From: an uncultured Verrucomicrobiae bacterium | Lineage (GTDB): Bacteria; Verrucomicrobiota; Verrucomicrobiia; Chthoniobacterales; JAFAMB01 | Assembly: GCA_963762565.1 (NCBI GenBank) | Contig: CAVXLD010000010.1 | Coordinates: forward strand, 64,001-128,000 | Reading direction: 5' to 3' | DNA length: 64,000 nucleotides | Part shown: piece after piece, positions 32,057 through 43,510 of the stretch | How the letters are laid out: each line of letters begins with the position of its first letter | Numbering within the stretch: position 1 is the stretch's first letter | Notes under the pieces: model-generated | Databases searched by the model: none | The model's input: only the letters and a program-made list of their open reading frames with translations | Told to the model about the DNA's origin: nothing | Program-made: the position numbers and the translations under genes

Positions 32057-32145
32057 GTTTAATAGTTTTTCAGCAGTGCCTGCCGCGCCGAAGCTTGGCG
32101 AAGGCGGGCGCTGAAATCGGCCTCGCAAGCGAGGCGCGCTCCAGG

Positions 32146-35100
32146 TCAGAACTTCTTCTCGATCTGGCCGTAGAAGAAGCGTCGGATCGGATTCGCCGCC
32201 AAGGTATCGTAACCTTGATAACCGCTGTTGCCATCGATCGCGAGCGGCGGGCGGTATCAAAGAGGTTTTTGATACCGAAGGTAAACGTCGTGTTATCCAG
32301 CAAGCGCCGCCAAGTCCAACCATGACCTTCGGGCGCAGGCGCAACGGCTTTTTCACCGACAACCCTCTTACCTTCTTTGTCGTACCCGGGTTTAGGCGTT
32401 TCCGGCGTAACTTCGGCTGGCGGCCCGAATTCATAGGAAATCTGCCAGTCAACGGTCGTCCAGTCGCCGACAATATGGATGTACCCGGGCGGAGTCAGCC
32501 CGGCGCTAGCTGCGGGATGGTCCCATGCCCGTCATTTAAAGCATCAAGCTCCGAGCTTTCATAATTCAGAGTAAAACCAGTTCGGAACAGGTCGTTGCCG
32601 AACACGTGTTTAGAGTAGAAAATGCTGGCCACGATTTTCAAGTCAGGCCCCGGCCCCGCGTTGTTCCCAATTGGCCGCTGGTATCTGTGAGGTTCGTAAC
32701 CAGGAACTGCGCAAAACCATTGGCCTCTACCTCCAATTGTTTCAGGGAGAAGTTGTAGACGTAAGCGCCATTGGCATCCAACTCGAGTTTACCCCAACTG
32801 AATTCTGGGGTGACATAGCTTGCGCCAAACTGGATACCATCGGTTAGCAGCGTACCGAGGTTGGTAAAGTTGGCGAAGATTTCTGTGAGAGTGCCGTCCG
32901 GAGCGCGGACGACAGATCCCGGAAGATTAGCAGCAAGCACGGTGGTGGGAGAGGGCGTCGCGATAAGCTGGCGAAGCTCAACCTGATACCAGTCGAAGTA
33001 GGCAGTAAACCCTTTAGCCCAATGCCACCAGCTATCGTCCTTCGTAGATCCTGGGCTCCAAACTGCTTCGAGGTAGTAGCCATACGAATTCTCCGGTTGC
33101 AGTTTCGGGTTACCTCCCGTGGTCAATAGAATATTGGCGTTCACCCCCTTTACCGGATCGAAGACAGTCTGTTGGAACTGTGACTGGCCGGAGAACAGCT
33201 GGCCGAGTGACGGTACGATAAACCCTTCAGAATAGGTCGCCCGGAAGGTAAGATCATCGAAGGGCTTGTACAGGAGCGCGATCTTAGGCTTCGCCGAGCT
33301 GCCAAACTGACTATAATTGTCGAAGCGCTCATCCAAAATGACCTGTAGACTTCTCATTCCCGGCCAAGACCATTTGTCCCCGAAGATCGGGATTGATAGT
33401 TCGCCGTACATACTTTGAACCCAGCGCCGAGCGCTAAAGAGCTTACCGGCAAAGTCAGCCGAAGTAATATTGAAGTTCCGGCTATTTACATCATTCGACT
33501 GGATATAGGATTCACCACGATACTCCAATCCGCCCGCGGCAGTGAAGTCACCGCTGGGAAGAGCCCAGATTGTGCCCCCGGCTATCACACGGTACTGGAC
33601 GATATCGGTGCGATTGTCTTCGAGCTGGCTCGCCTTGAGGAACGGATAGAAGATCGCGTTCGGACTGTGGGAAACACTTTCATCGGTGAACGGGTTGAAG
33701 AAAACACCCGGAAGTTGGGGAAGAGTTCCATTAAGAGCTTCTTGCAGCTGCCGAGTTTTGACCGAGTTGTCGACCTCTTCGCTGACATCACTTTCACCAT
33801 AGGACGCAGCGGCATCGATATACCACGAATTCCACGGCAATTGAAGAGTAGCGCCGGCGACGTTGCGGAAAGTGCGGCCGATGGTGGTGGTATACCAGGG
33901 ACCGAATTCGCCCAAAGATTGCCCGATGAAGGGAGTTAAGTTTTCGTGCCAGGGGTTAAACGGATTGTTCGCCGGGATGATAATGGGGGCGCCATTAATG
34001 TTATCCCCGGAACTGAACCCTTGGTTGGGAGTGGTAGTCGTTTCCTCGTTACGCTGAATGATGAAATGGTCGTAAAGCTTGAGCCAATCGGTCGGATCAT
34101 AATCAACGTTAACCGTGCCGCCGTAACGCCTTTCGCGACCGGCCAATTGTGATTCGAATATACCGGCAGGAATCCGAGCCGAAGAAGGCGTACCGTTAAC
34201 GATGAAACTGTTCTGGGTAATACCGCCCACCCCGGTAGTACCCGGCTTCACGATGTAGATGTTACCAGTGGTTTCTCCGATATAGCTCCCATTACCCGGA
34301 AAGAAGGCGACCTGCTGATTTATGTAATTTGGTGAAAGTCGCGAGAACTCGCTATCATTCGAAAATCCACGGTCGCGGGCGTCGATCGGGGTCGATTCGT
34401 AATAATCGAACGTCGCTACGATGCTGACTTTACCGAAATTGCCTTCCGAGATGACCGCCCCCCGGTTTCTCAGTGATACCACCGGTCATCTGAAGGTGAT
34501 AGACCGCATTATCACCGCGCTGGCTCTCGCCGAAGTAATTGATGATATCGGCTCCATTGTAATCCTGCTTGGTGATGACGTTGACCACCCCGGCAATCGC
34601 GTCATCTCCGTAGGTGGCGCTGCCCCCATCTTTCAGAATTTCGATACGGTCGATGGCCGCCAGAGGGATGGAGTTTAAGTCAACGAAAGGGACCGTACCC
34701 GCATTGATCGATATGGCATAGTTAGGCATCCGGAATCCGTCGACGAGGACTAAGGTTGAGCCGACCGGCAAACTCTTCAGGCTGTAAGCCGATGAAGCAG
34801 GCGAATTGCTGTTGCCGGTAAAGGTCTGCGTATTTTGGGCGCTCAGACCTCCCGGGTACTGGTTCAAAACGTCGTTGATCGTCTGATACGCCTGCTTCTG
34901 GATGAAATCTTGATTGAGGGTTTCAACCGGCTGCGGACCTTCACCGACTCGCGGGATCAGGTAGCCGGTAACGGTCACCTGCTCCAACTGACCACCGGTG
35001 GGCGGAGGCGCCTGGGCCGGAGGGTTATTGGCACCGCCTGGAGCGGGCGGTGGAGGGGCATTCTGCGCTCGACCAGTTACGCCGAGCGTAAACAGAACCA

Positions 35101-35155
35101 ACAATTGAGCTGCGGTTACAATTGCAGCTACACGGGAACATCGTTTTTTAATCAT
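32146..35155 (-). CDS. TonB-dependent receptor 2 (four single-base frameshifts at ~34460, ~32674, ~32514, ~32252)
   Basis: TonB box LEQVTVTG, plug motif, terminal IEKKF; colinear with TBDR3; no in-frame stops seen in the reconstruction. Confidence 0.88.
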
Positions 35156-35329
35156 TATTTATCCTTGTTTCTCCTTGGCGACGCGGGTTGTGCCCTTCGC
35201 CAAGAACCCCTCGAAAAAGATTCAAAACCGGTTACCGGGACGATCCTGCTACCAGCCAACAGCCATCCGACTCCTTCTCCGAGTTCCGGTCTCAATTTGA
35301 GGTCGTTTTTGAGGCAAAACCGCCTACAG

Positions 35330-35379
35330 GTCAAGAAAATGTAAACAAATTTTGAACGAAATTGGGTCGAAGTTGTCAC
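35330..35379 (-). promoter_or_regulatory. Conserved TBDR upstream motif, copy 2
   Basis: GTGACA-N16-GTTCAA-N16-CTTGAC. Confidence 0.78.
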
Positions 35380-35518
35380 TGTCTCTCATTTTGAACGCAC
35401 CGGCTTGGCGAACATCCATTTGAGGGCGACTTAGCCTCCTTATTCGACCAGTCGGACGATGTTGCCAGAGAAAGGCAAACTAGCCGTTCGACCCGCTTAA
35501 AAACCTCTTAACCAGTAT

Positions 35519-35569
35519 TTTCTGTGAAAAAGCCGTAACAATATCAAGGTTTTTCGAAAGAAAATTAAG
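35519..35569 (-). promoter_or_regulatory. Distal promoter-like motif upstream of TBDR2
   Basis: CTTAA..TCGAAAA..CTTGATATTGTTACGGCTTTTTCACAGAAA; homologous to 39296-39347 and 43024-43076. Confidence 0.65.
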
Positions 35570-35867
35570 GGCCGGAAGCCAGCCCATGCACCGGCCGAAT
35601 CGAGAGTTTGGCTTAGTGTAGCCATCGTCGCAATCAGGCTCAGAATTGCTCGAACGGCGGCAGCAGTGACGGGCTGCAATCGTTCGACCTGGCCTCTTTT
35701 AAGCCGTCGGGCGCAGATACCCAGGTTCTAGATTAGTTAATCGTTACGGCCAACCTCTTCCGAAGAAAGACGAAACCATCTTGTAGCGTGTTATTTCTTT
35801 TCAGAGCCCTGAGTTTCTACTGTGATCCTCGCAAAGCGGCGCGCTCAGATGGAGGTACGCGGTAAAC

Positions 35868-35895
35868 AAAAACGCCGGGCGCAAGCCCGGCGTTT
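35868..35895 (-). terminator. Rho-independent terminator after TBDR3
   Basis: aaacgccgggc-gcaa-gcccggcgttt plus U-tract. Confidence 0.85.
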
Positions 35896-35949
35896 ACTAG
35901 TTTTTCGGCGGGCGCCGAAATCGGCCTCGCAAGCGAGGCGCGCTCCAGG

Positions 35950-38900
35950 TCAGAACTTCTTCTCGATCTGGCCGTAGAAGAACCTTTGGACCGGGTTCGT
36001 AGCCAAGGTATCGTAACCTTGATAGGCGCCGTTGCCGACGAAAGCCAGCGGCGGATGGGCATCTGTGAGGTTCTTGATACCAAACGTGAAGGTCATATTG
36101 TCCAGCAATCGCCGCCAGGTCCAACCATGAGCTTCGGGTGCGGGCGCAATGGCCTTTTCGCCGATAACTCTCTTTCCTTCTTTGTCGTAGCCGGGTTTCG
36201 GCGTTTCCGGAGTGATCTCAACGGGTGGCCCGAATTCATAGGAGATCTGCCAATCGAGCGTAGTCCAGCTGCCGACCAGATGGACATAGCCGGGAAATGT
36301 CAGGGCTGCGTCGACTGCCGGAATAGTTCCGTGCCCGTCGTTGGTGTTGTCCAACTCCGAATTTGTAAAGTTCAGCGTAAATCCGGTTCGAAATAGGTCG
36401 GTGACGAACAGATGCTTTGAGTAGAATAGACTACCCACGATTCTGAAGTCGGGGCCGCTGCCAGGGGGACTTGCTGAAGCACCGCCGGCAGTATCGGTCA
36501 GGTTGGTAACCAGGAATTGCGCGGCACCGCTTGGTTCTACCTCCAACTGTTTCAGAGAATAGTTATAAATAAAGGATCCGTTGGCGTCGAATTCGAGTTT
36601 GCCCCAGTTGAATTCTTTAGTGACATAGCTTGCCCCAAACTCGAGCCCATCCACAAGCAGGGTGCCGAGGTTCGTGTAATTCGCGAAAATCCCTTGGAGT
36701 GAGCCATCCGCACCCCGGACGACGGAGCCCGGAAGATTGGCGGCGAGGACAGTGGCGGGGGCGGGCACCGAGATCACGTTACGAAGTTCGACTTGGTACC
36801 AGTCGACGTACGCGGTAAAACCCTTGGCCCAATGCCACCAGCTATTTTCGTCTTTCGATCCGGGTGTCCAGACTGCTTCAAGGTAATAGCCGTAAGAGTT
36901 CTCCGGCCTTAAGTTGGGGTTTCCTCCCTGAACTAGCACAACATTAGGCGCCTCAACGTTCTTGACCGGATCAAATACTGTGGTCAAGAACAGGGTCTGG
37001 GGCGCAAACAGCTGCCCTAGCGACGGAACGATATAACCTTCCGAATAGGTCGCCCGGAAGGTAATGTCATCGCACGGCTTATAGAGCACGGCAATTTTTG
37101 GCTTCGCCGCGCTGCCAAAATGGCTGTAATTGTCGAGGCGCTCATCCAAAATGACTTGCAGGCTCCTTAAGCCGGGCCAAGACCATCTGTCACCCAAAAG
37201 CGGGATGGATAGTTCGCCGTACATGCTCTGAACCCACCGAGCACTGCTGAGCAGCTTCCCAGGGAAGTCATCCGAGGTGATATTGAAATTGCGGCTATTT
37301 ACATCGTTCGATTGCACTAGCGATTCACTGCGGTACTCAAGTCCGCCCGCTACAGTTAGGTCGCCGCTTGGCAGAGACCAGAGCGTGCCGCCAGCGAGCA
37401 ATCGGTATTGGACGAGATCGGTGTGATTATCTTCGTACTGGTTCGTCCTGAGATACGGATAAAAGACCGCATTGGGATGTCCCAAGCTCTCATCGGTGAA
37501 CGGGTTAAAGAAAACCCCTGGAAGCTGAGGAAGCGTCCCGTTTAGAGCTTCCTGCAACTGTCGGAGCTTCACCGAGTTTGCTACATTTTCGCTGGAATCG
37601 CTTTCGCCGTACGAGGCGGCAGCGTCAATGTACCATGAATTCCAGGGAAGTTGGATGGTGGCGCCGCTGACGTTGCGAAAGGTCCGGATGATGGTGTCAG
37701 TGTACCACGGCCCAAATTCGGCCAGAGAAGTCCCCAAGAATGGCGCTAAGGGCACGTGCCAAGGATTAAACGGGTTATTCGCAGGGACGATTACAGGGCC
37801 GGGGGCAGGATCGAGAGCGCTGAACCCCTGGTTGGGCGTTGTGCTCGTTTCTTCGGTCCGCTGAATGATGAAATGATCGTAAAGCTTGAACCAGTCGGTC
37901 ACATCATAGTCAAGATTGACCGTCCCGCCGTAACGCCTTTCGCGGGCTAACAACTGGGTGATAAAATTACCTTCCGGGATAAAGACGTTGCCGGCAGTAC
38001 CGTTAACGATGAAATCGTTTTGGGTAATGTTCGGGCCGGTAGTCCCCGGCTTCACGATAAAAGTGGTGCCGGTGGGGATAGTAGGCGTGCTAGGCCCGAT
38101 ATACTGATAGCTCCCATTAGGAGGAGTGAAGGTAATCGCCGCATTTGGGTATTTGCCCGGCGAAAGTCTGGAAAAGAAGCTGTCATTGGACCACCAGCGA
38201 CTCGACGAGTCGATCGGAGACGAGTCGAAATAGTCGAATGTGGCAACCAGGCTAACTTTTCCGAAGTTTCCTTTCTCGGTAATACCTCCGGTCATGGAAA
38301 GGTGATAGATCTCATCATCACCGCGCTGGCTCTCGCCGAAGTAGTTGACGATATCAGCCCCATTGTAATCCTGTTTGGTAATAATGTTGACCACGCCTGC
38401 GATAGCATCGTCACCATAGGTAGCGCTGCCGCCGTCTTTTAGAATTTCGATACGATCGATCGACGCCAACGGGATTGAGTTGAGATCAACGAAGGGAATT
38501 GTTCCCCCGTTGATCGAAATCCCGGTTGTCGGAAAGCGAAATCCATCGATCAAGATCAGCGTGGAGCCAATGGGCAACGATTTCAGACTAAAAGCTGATG
38601 TAGCCGGGGAATTACTGTTCCCGGCAAAGGTCTGCGCGTTTTGCCCGCTGAGACCGCCCGGATAGGTGTTCAGGACGTCGTTAACCGTTTGATAGGCCTG
38701 CTTCTGGATGAAGTCTTGGTTCAAGGTCGCGACCGGCTGCGGTCCCTCGCCTACGCGCGGGATGAGGTAGCCGGTAACCGTGACGGTCTGAAGCTCGCCG
38801 CCACTAGTAGGGGCAGTGCCGCCTGGCGGGCCGCGGTCTGGCCTGTGGCCGGAGTTGGATTTTGGGGCGCTGTTTGCGCTCGGGCGGTGATTCCGAGCGT

Positions 38901-38966
38901 ACACAGCAACATCAATTGAGCTGCGGTTGCGATTGCAACCGGACTTGAGCTTGGGTAATTAGTCAT
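35950..38966 (-). CDS. TonB-dependent receptor 3 (one frameshift at ~38829, after the signal peptide)
   Basis: Signal peptide in ORF 38751-38966 joins the 984-aa ORF with one extra C; TonB box LQTVTVTG; terminal IEKKF. Confidence 0.92.
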
Positions 38967-39105
38967 TAATTATCCTCGGTAGGCCTGGACACCGCCGGTT
39001 TTCGACCGCATCAAGGCCACGTTGAAACAATACTGACCCGGCACCCGCGCACGCGGGTACCGGATTACCTGCTCGGAACCGTTTGTGAGCTAAATCAGGC
39101 CGTCC

Positions 39106-39157
39106 GTCAAGAAAATGCGACGGCAAATTTTGAACAAATTTCTGGCGGAGTTGTCAC
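39106..39157 (-). promoter_or_regulatory. Conserved TBDR upstream motif, copy 3
   Basis: GTGACA-N16-GTTCAA-N18-CTTGAC. Confidence 0.78.
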
Positions 39158-39295
39158 CACGCGATCTTCGCCGTGTGCGGGATAGGATCGCCTGCAAAGA
39201 GAGGGCCGTCCATGAATCACAGAATCCGATCACTCAAACCGTGGCTAGAGCAAGCGTCGTCGCTCAACCCTTTTCAAACAACCTCTGACCGGACC

Positions 39296-39347
39296 TTTTT
39301 GGTAAAAAAAAGTAACGACAGCAAGAACTTTTCGCGATTCTTTTAAG
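39296..39347 (-). promoter_or_regulatory. Distal promoter-like motif upstream of TBDR3
   Basis: CTTAA..GCGAAAA..CTTGCTGTCGTTACTTTTTTTTACCAAAAA. Confidence 0.55.
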
Positions 39348-39526
39348 AGAAACCTCTTCAGCTGGAAAAAAATGTAGCGCTGGGTCGGGAGTCGCGAATC
39401 TCTGCCGAGCTCGCCGAATATCCTGCCTCCCCCCGTTCCTCGTTCCCAAGGTTTGGCGAGGGCGGAAGGAGAGGCGGAACCCATGGTGCCTACCGCTTCG
39501 GCCTCGCAAGCGAGGCAGCGCTCCAC

Positions 39527-39561
39527 AAAAAAAACGCCGGGCGTTAGCCCGGCGTTTTTTT
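39527..39561 (-). terminator. Bidirectional Rho-independent terminator after TBDR4
   Basis: A-tract, cgccgggc-gtta-gcccggcg, T-tract. Confidence 0.9.
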
Positions 39562-39621
39562 AAATAGTTTTTCGGCGTTGCCTGCCGCGCCGTAGCTTGG
39601 CGAAGGCGGGCGCCGAAAAAC

Positions 39622-42600
39622 TTAGAACTTCTTATCAACCGAGAACCAGAAATAGCGCTGGATGAAGTTAGCACCGCCAGCGTTATCAAAGTTCGAGAGG
39701 ACGTTATCCACAGCCAGAGGCGCCGGCGTGTCGAAGATGTTATTGATGCCGAAGGTGATCGTGGTGTTGGCCAGGAGATTGCGCCAACCCCAGCGAGATC
39801 CTTCGATGGGTGGTGCGATCGCCTTCTCGCCAATGATTCTCTTCCCTTCCTTATTGTAGCCAGGTTTTGGTGTTTCAGGCGTAATTTCGGTTGGTTGGCC
39901 GAACTTGTAAGAGATCTGCCAATCCAGAGTAGTCCAGCTGCCGATCAGGTGAACATAATTGGGGGCGTTCAAAGTGACGTTCGGGTTAGTGCCGTTAGCG
40001 GAGTTTGTAAAGTCTTGCTCCGAACCAACGTAATGGAGAGTGAAGCCGGTTCTGAATGTATCAATCCCAAACAGCGTCTTGGAATAGAAGGCGGTGGCCT
40101 GCATTTTCAGGTCCGGCGCGGCGCCGTTGGCCGTATCGGTCAAGTTGAAGACTCGAAAAAAGAGCGTGCCGTTCGGATTAACCCCCTGCACGGTTTGCGC
40201 GCTGACCCAGTAGAGGTACGACGCATCGAATTCCAGGTCGATTTTACCCCAGCTGTATTCCTTGCTGTCGTAGGTAAAGCCCGTCTCAATTCCTTCGCTA
40301 CGACTATCACCCAGGTTCAGGTAGGTGTTAGTAACCTCAACAGGTACTCCGCCTGGGCCCAAAACAATGCTGTTACCAGGAGGGAGCGGAACGCCAGCCG
40401 AAACGAGATCAAACACATTGGCGGCGGTTAAAGTCCCAAAGACTTGGTGTTGATCGAGCTGGAACCAGTTTATGTAAGCCGAAAACCCATTCGCCCATCC
40501 CCACCAGCTATGCTCCGGATCCTGAGACCCGGGATTCCAAACCGCTCCCAGGTAATACATATAGGCGTTCTCTGGCTTGAGTCTCGGGTTGCCCAAGGTC
40601 TCGGCAAGAACGGTAGCTGTCTGTCCATTCTGAAGGGTAATAGTGGTCTCAGCCGGTATTCCCGCGGAGGTAAACAGCTGTGGCAGTGACGGTGCTACGA
40701 AGGATTCCGAATAAGAAGCCCGGAGGGTCAGATCGTTGATCGGTTTCCACGCCAGCGAGAATTTCGGTTTCGCAGCACTACCGAAATCACTGTAATAATC
40801 CTGCCGCTCAGACATGACGAACTCGAGAGACCGCATTCCTGGAAAGGACCATTGACCACCAAGGATCGGGATATCAGCCTGTCCGAAGATGCTCCAAATG
40901 TTACGACGCGCGTTGACCAGCCTGCCGAGCGGGAACTGAATCGCAGTCAGATTACCATCGTAACTATTAGGATCATCGTTCTGAATGTAATCTTCACTGC
41001 GGTACTCTAAACCGCCGGCAACAGTGATATCGCCCGCTGGAGTCGACCATATTGTGCCGCCCGCGGTGACATGGAACTGCATGATGTCGCTCCTGATATT
41101 CTCAAAGATGCTGCCAACGAGGTTTTTATTACCATAAAAAGCGCTATTGGGTCCGGCAACCGTTTCATCGGCAAACGGGTTGAAGAATTGGCCGACGTTG
41201 CCGGGCAGAGTGCCATTCATGGCTTCCTGCATACCATTGAAGAAAAACATGTTCTTCATAGTCTCAGTGCCGTCAGATTCGCCGTAGAGCCAATTACCAT
41301 CGATTGCCCAGCCATGCGGCAGTTGAATCGTAGCCCCGGCAACCTCGCGGAATGTGGTGATGGTGGTGTCGGTCTTCAGCACGTTGAACTCGTTCAGAGC
41401 AAGTTCAAACACCTGCAGGGGTTCATGGAACGGATTGAATGGATTGTTCGCAGGAACAGTAATTCCGCTGTTAAACGGAGGCGGATAGATACCTTGGTTA
41501 GGACCATAGGTACTGGATTCCTCCGTTCGCGAGATGAGGAAGCTATCGTAGAGCTTTAACCACTCGGTTGGCTGGTAATCAATTTTAACTAAGCCGCCGA
41601 GGCGATCTTCCCGCGGGTACACTTGCAGGCCATTTATGGTGAATGACGAAGGATTCTGAGTTGTAAAGTTATTGAGGATAAAGTCATTAGGTGTCGGATT
41701 TACACCGTTAAAGCCCTGTTTTGTAATATATAGGTTCCCACTGTTTTGACCGATAAAAACTCCAGTCGGGAACGGGAATACCGCGGCGGCCGGATATTTA
41801 GGTGATAGAAGTGAATAATTCAGAAAGGTATCGCGCCGGTCGACTGCGTTCACCGGACTCTGCGTGTAGTAATCGAACGCTGCGACGACGTCGATCTTTG
41901 GAATAAAGGCCTCGCCAACTTGCGGCGCCGGCGGCGTCTTGCCATCTCCTACCGGTTCACCGCCACTGCCACCCCCTCGACCAAATTTCTCCTCGAAGCC
42001 GCCGGTGAATTCACCGTGATAAACTTCGTAATCACCTCGCTGGCTGATGCCGTAGTAATTGTAGATATCAGCCCCGGTATAATTGCTTTTGGTGATGAAG
42101 TTCACGACCCCAGCCACCGCATCCGTTCCGTACACGGCGCTACCGCCGTCCTGCAGGATCTGGACGCTGTCAATTGCACCTATCGGAATGCTATTGATGT
42201 CGACATAGTTAAACGCACCGGCAACCGATACCTGCGGAAACGGATAGGAAGGCATCCGCAGCCCATCCACCAGAACGAGGGTGTCGTTTGGAGGCAACCC
42301 TTTGAGCGCGATTGATGAGCCACCGGGAGAGAAACCGAAGCCAGTGGTTACCCCTGGGTTAAAGTTGCCCGTGGCTGCGGGAAGGTTTTGTAGCACGTCC
42401 TGGACGTTCTGATAGCCCGTCTTCTGAAAATACGCTTGATCGTAAGTGGTAACGGGGTTTGGACCTTCTCCGACACGCGGGATCAGGTAACCTGTAACGA
42501 TGACCTGTTGGAGCTCACCGCTGGTGCTTGCACCCGCGTTGGGTGCGGCGGCACGGCGGGGTTCTCACCCGGAGCTGGACTGGGCGCCGCTGTCTGCGCC

Positions 42601-42692
42601 TGAGCGCCAACGGTGAGCCCGAACGTAAGGACGAATTGGATTGCGGTCGCAAATGCGATTCTGGAGAGATATCGATTTAGATTAATAATCAT
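39622..42692 (-). CDS. TonB-dependent receptor 4 (one frameshift at ~42547, after the signal peptide)
   Basis: Signal peptide in ORF 42483-42809; adding one base gives SGELQQVIVTGYLIPRVGEGP continuing into the 924-aa ORF; terminal VDKKF. Confidence 0.92.
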
Positions 42693-42847
42693 CGTGAACC
42701 TCAATTTCATCTTTGCGCCGCCTTTTCTGGCTTCGCCAAGATTCCTGCTGAAATTGCTTAATCCGGCCACCGACCAGCATTTGACACTTTTTCGGCGGCC
42801 AGAATCCACTCAGTTTGCACCCACTTTTGCGGGAAAACCTAGGAGCA

Positions 42848-42897
42848 GTCAAGGAAATGTAAGGAAATTTTGAACAAATTTCCTGCAAACTTGTCAC
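42848..42897 (-). promoter_or_regulatory. Conserved TBDR upstream motif, copy 4
   Basis: GTGACA-N16-GTTCAA-N16-CTTGAC. Confidence 0.78.
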
Positions 42898-43023
42898 CGC
42901 GATTCTCGGTGTTTGGCGGATCGATCTTCTCCCCTGGAAAAAGCGGAGCTCTTCTGCGCATCAAAGCACCCGGAAAGTAAAGGGGGGAGTGCTCTTCGGC
43001 TTTTAAAAGCCGTTAATTCGACG

Positions 43024-43076
43024 TTTCTGTGAAAAAAACGTAACAAGATCAAGCCTTTTTTCGACAGATCCTTAAG
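43024..43076 (-). promoter_or_regulatory. Distal promoter-like motif upstream of TBDR4
   Basis: CTTAA..TCGAAAA..CTTGATCTTGTTACGTTTTTTTCACAGAAA. Confidence 0.65.
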
Positions 43077-43510
43077 AAGCGAGCGCCGAAGGCAGAGGAC
43101 AGGGACGAGTAACGCAGGAATGCCGGCGTCCAAGGGTGAGAAACAAACATGACGTGGGAGGGCGCGCGTCCCCGCGCGCTGCGAACGGGTCTATAATCTT
43201 GGGTGTAGCCTCGCGCGGGACTTGTTTGTCCCGGGTTTCGAAAACAAAACGGCCGCTGCCGGACGCGGACGCGATCCCTCCCGCCGAAGGGCATTGGTCG
43301 ATAAGAGGACCGGGACGAAGCCTGGCGAGAGGACTAGTGGGCGGCGATGATGCCCCCCACATCACGACATAGAGAGCAGGCTTGCGTATGTTATGTCTCT
43401 CGATTTCCCTTGTTCACCACGGCCTCGCAAGCGAGGCAGCGCTCCATGGGTGGCGCCGTAGGCTTGACGAAGGCGGGCGCCGAAATCGGCCTCGCAAGCG
43501 AGGCGCGCCC

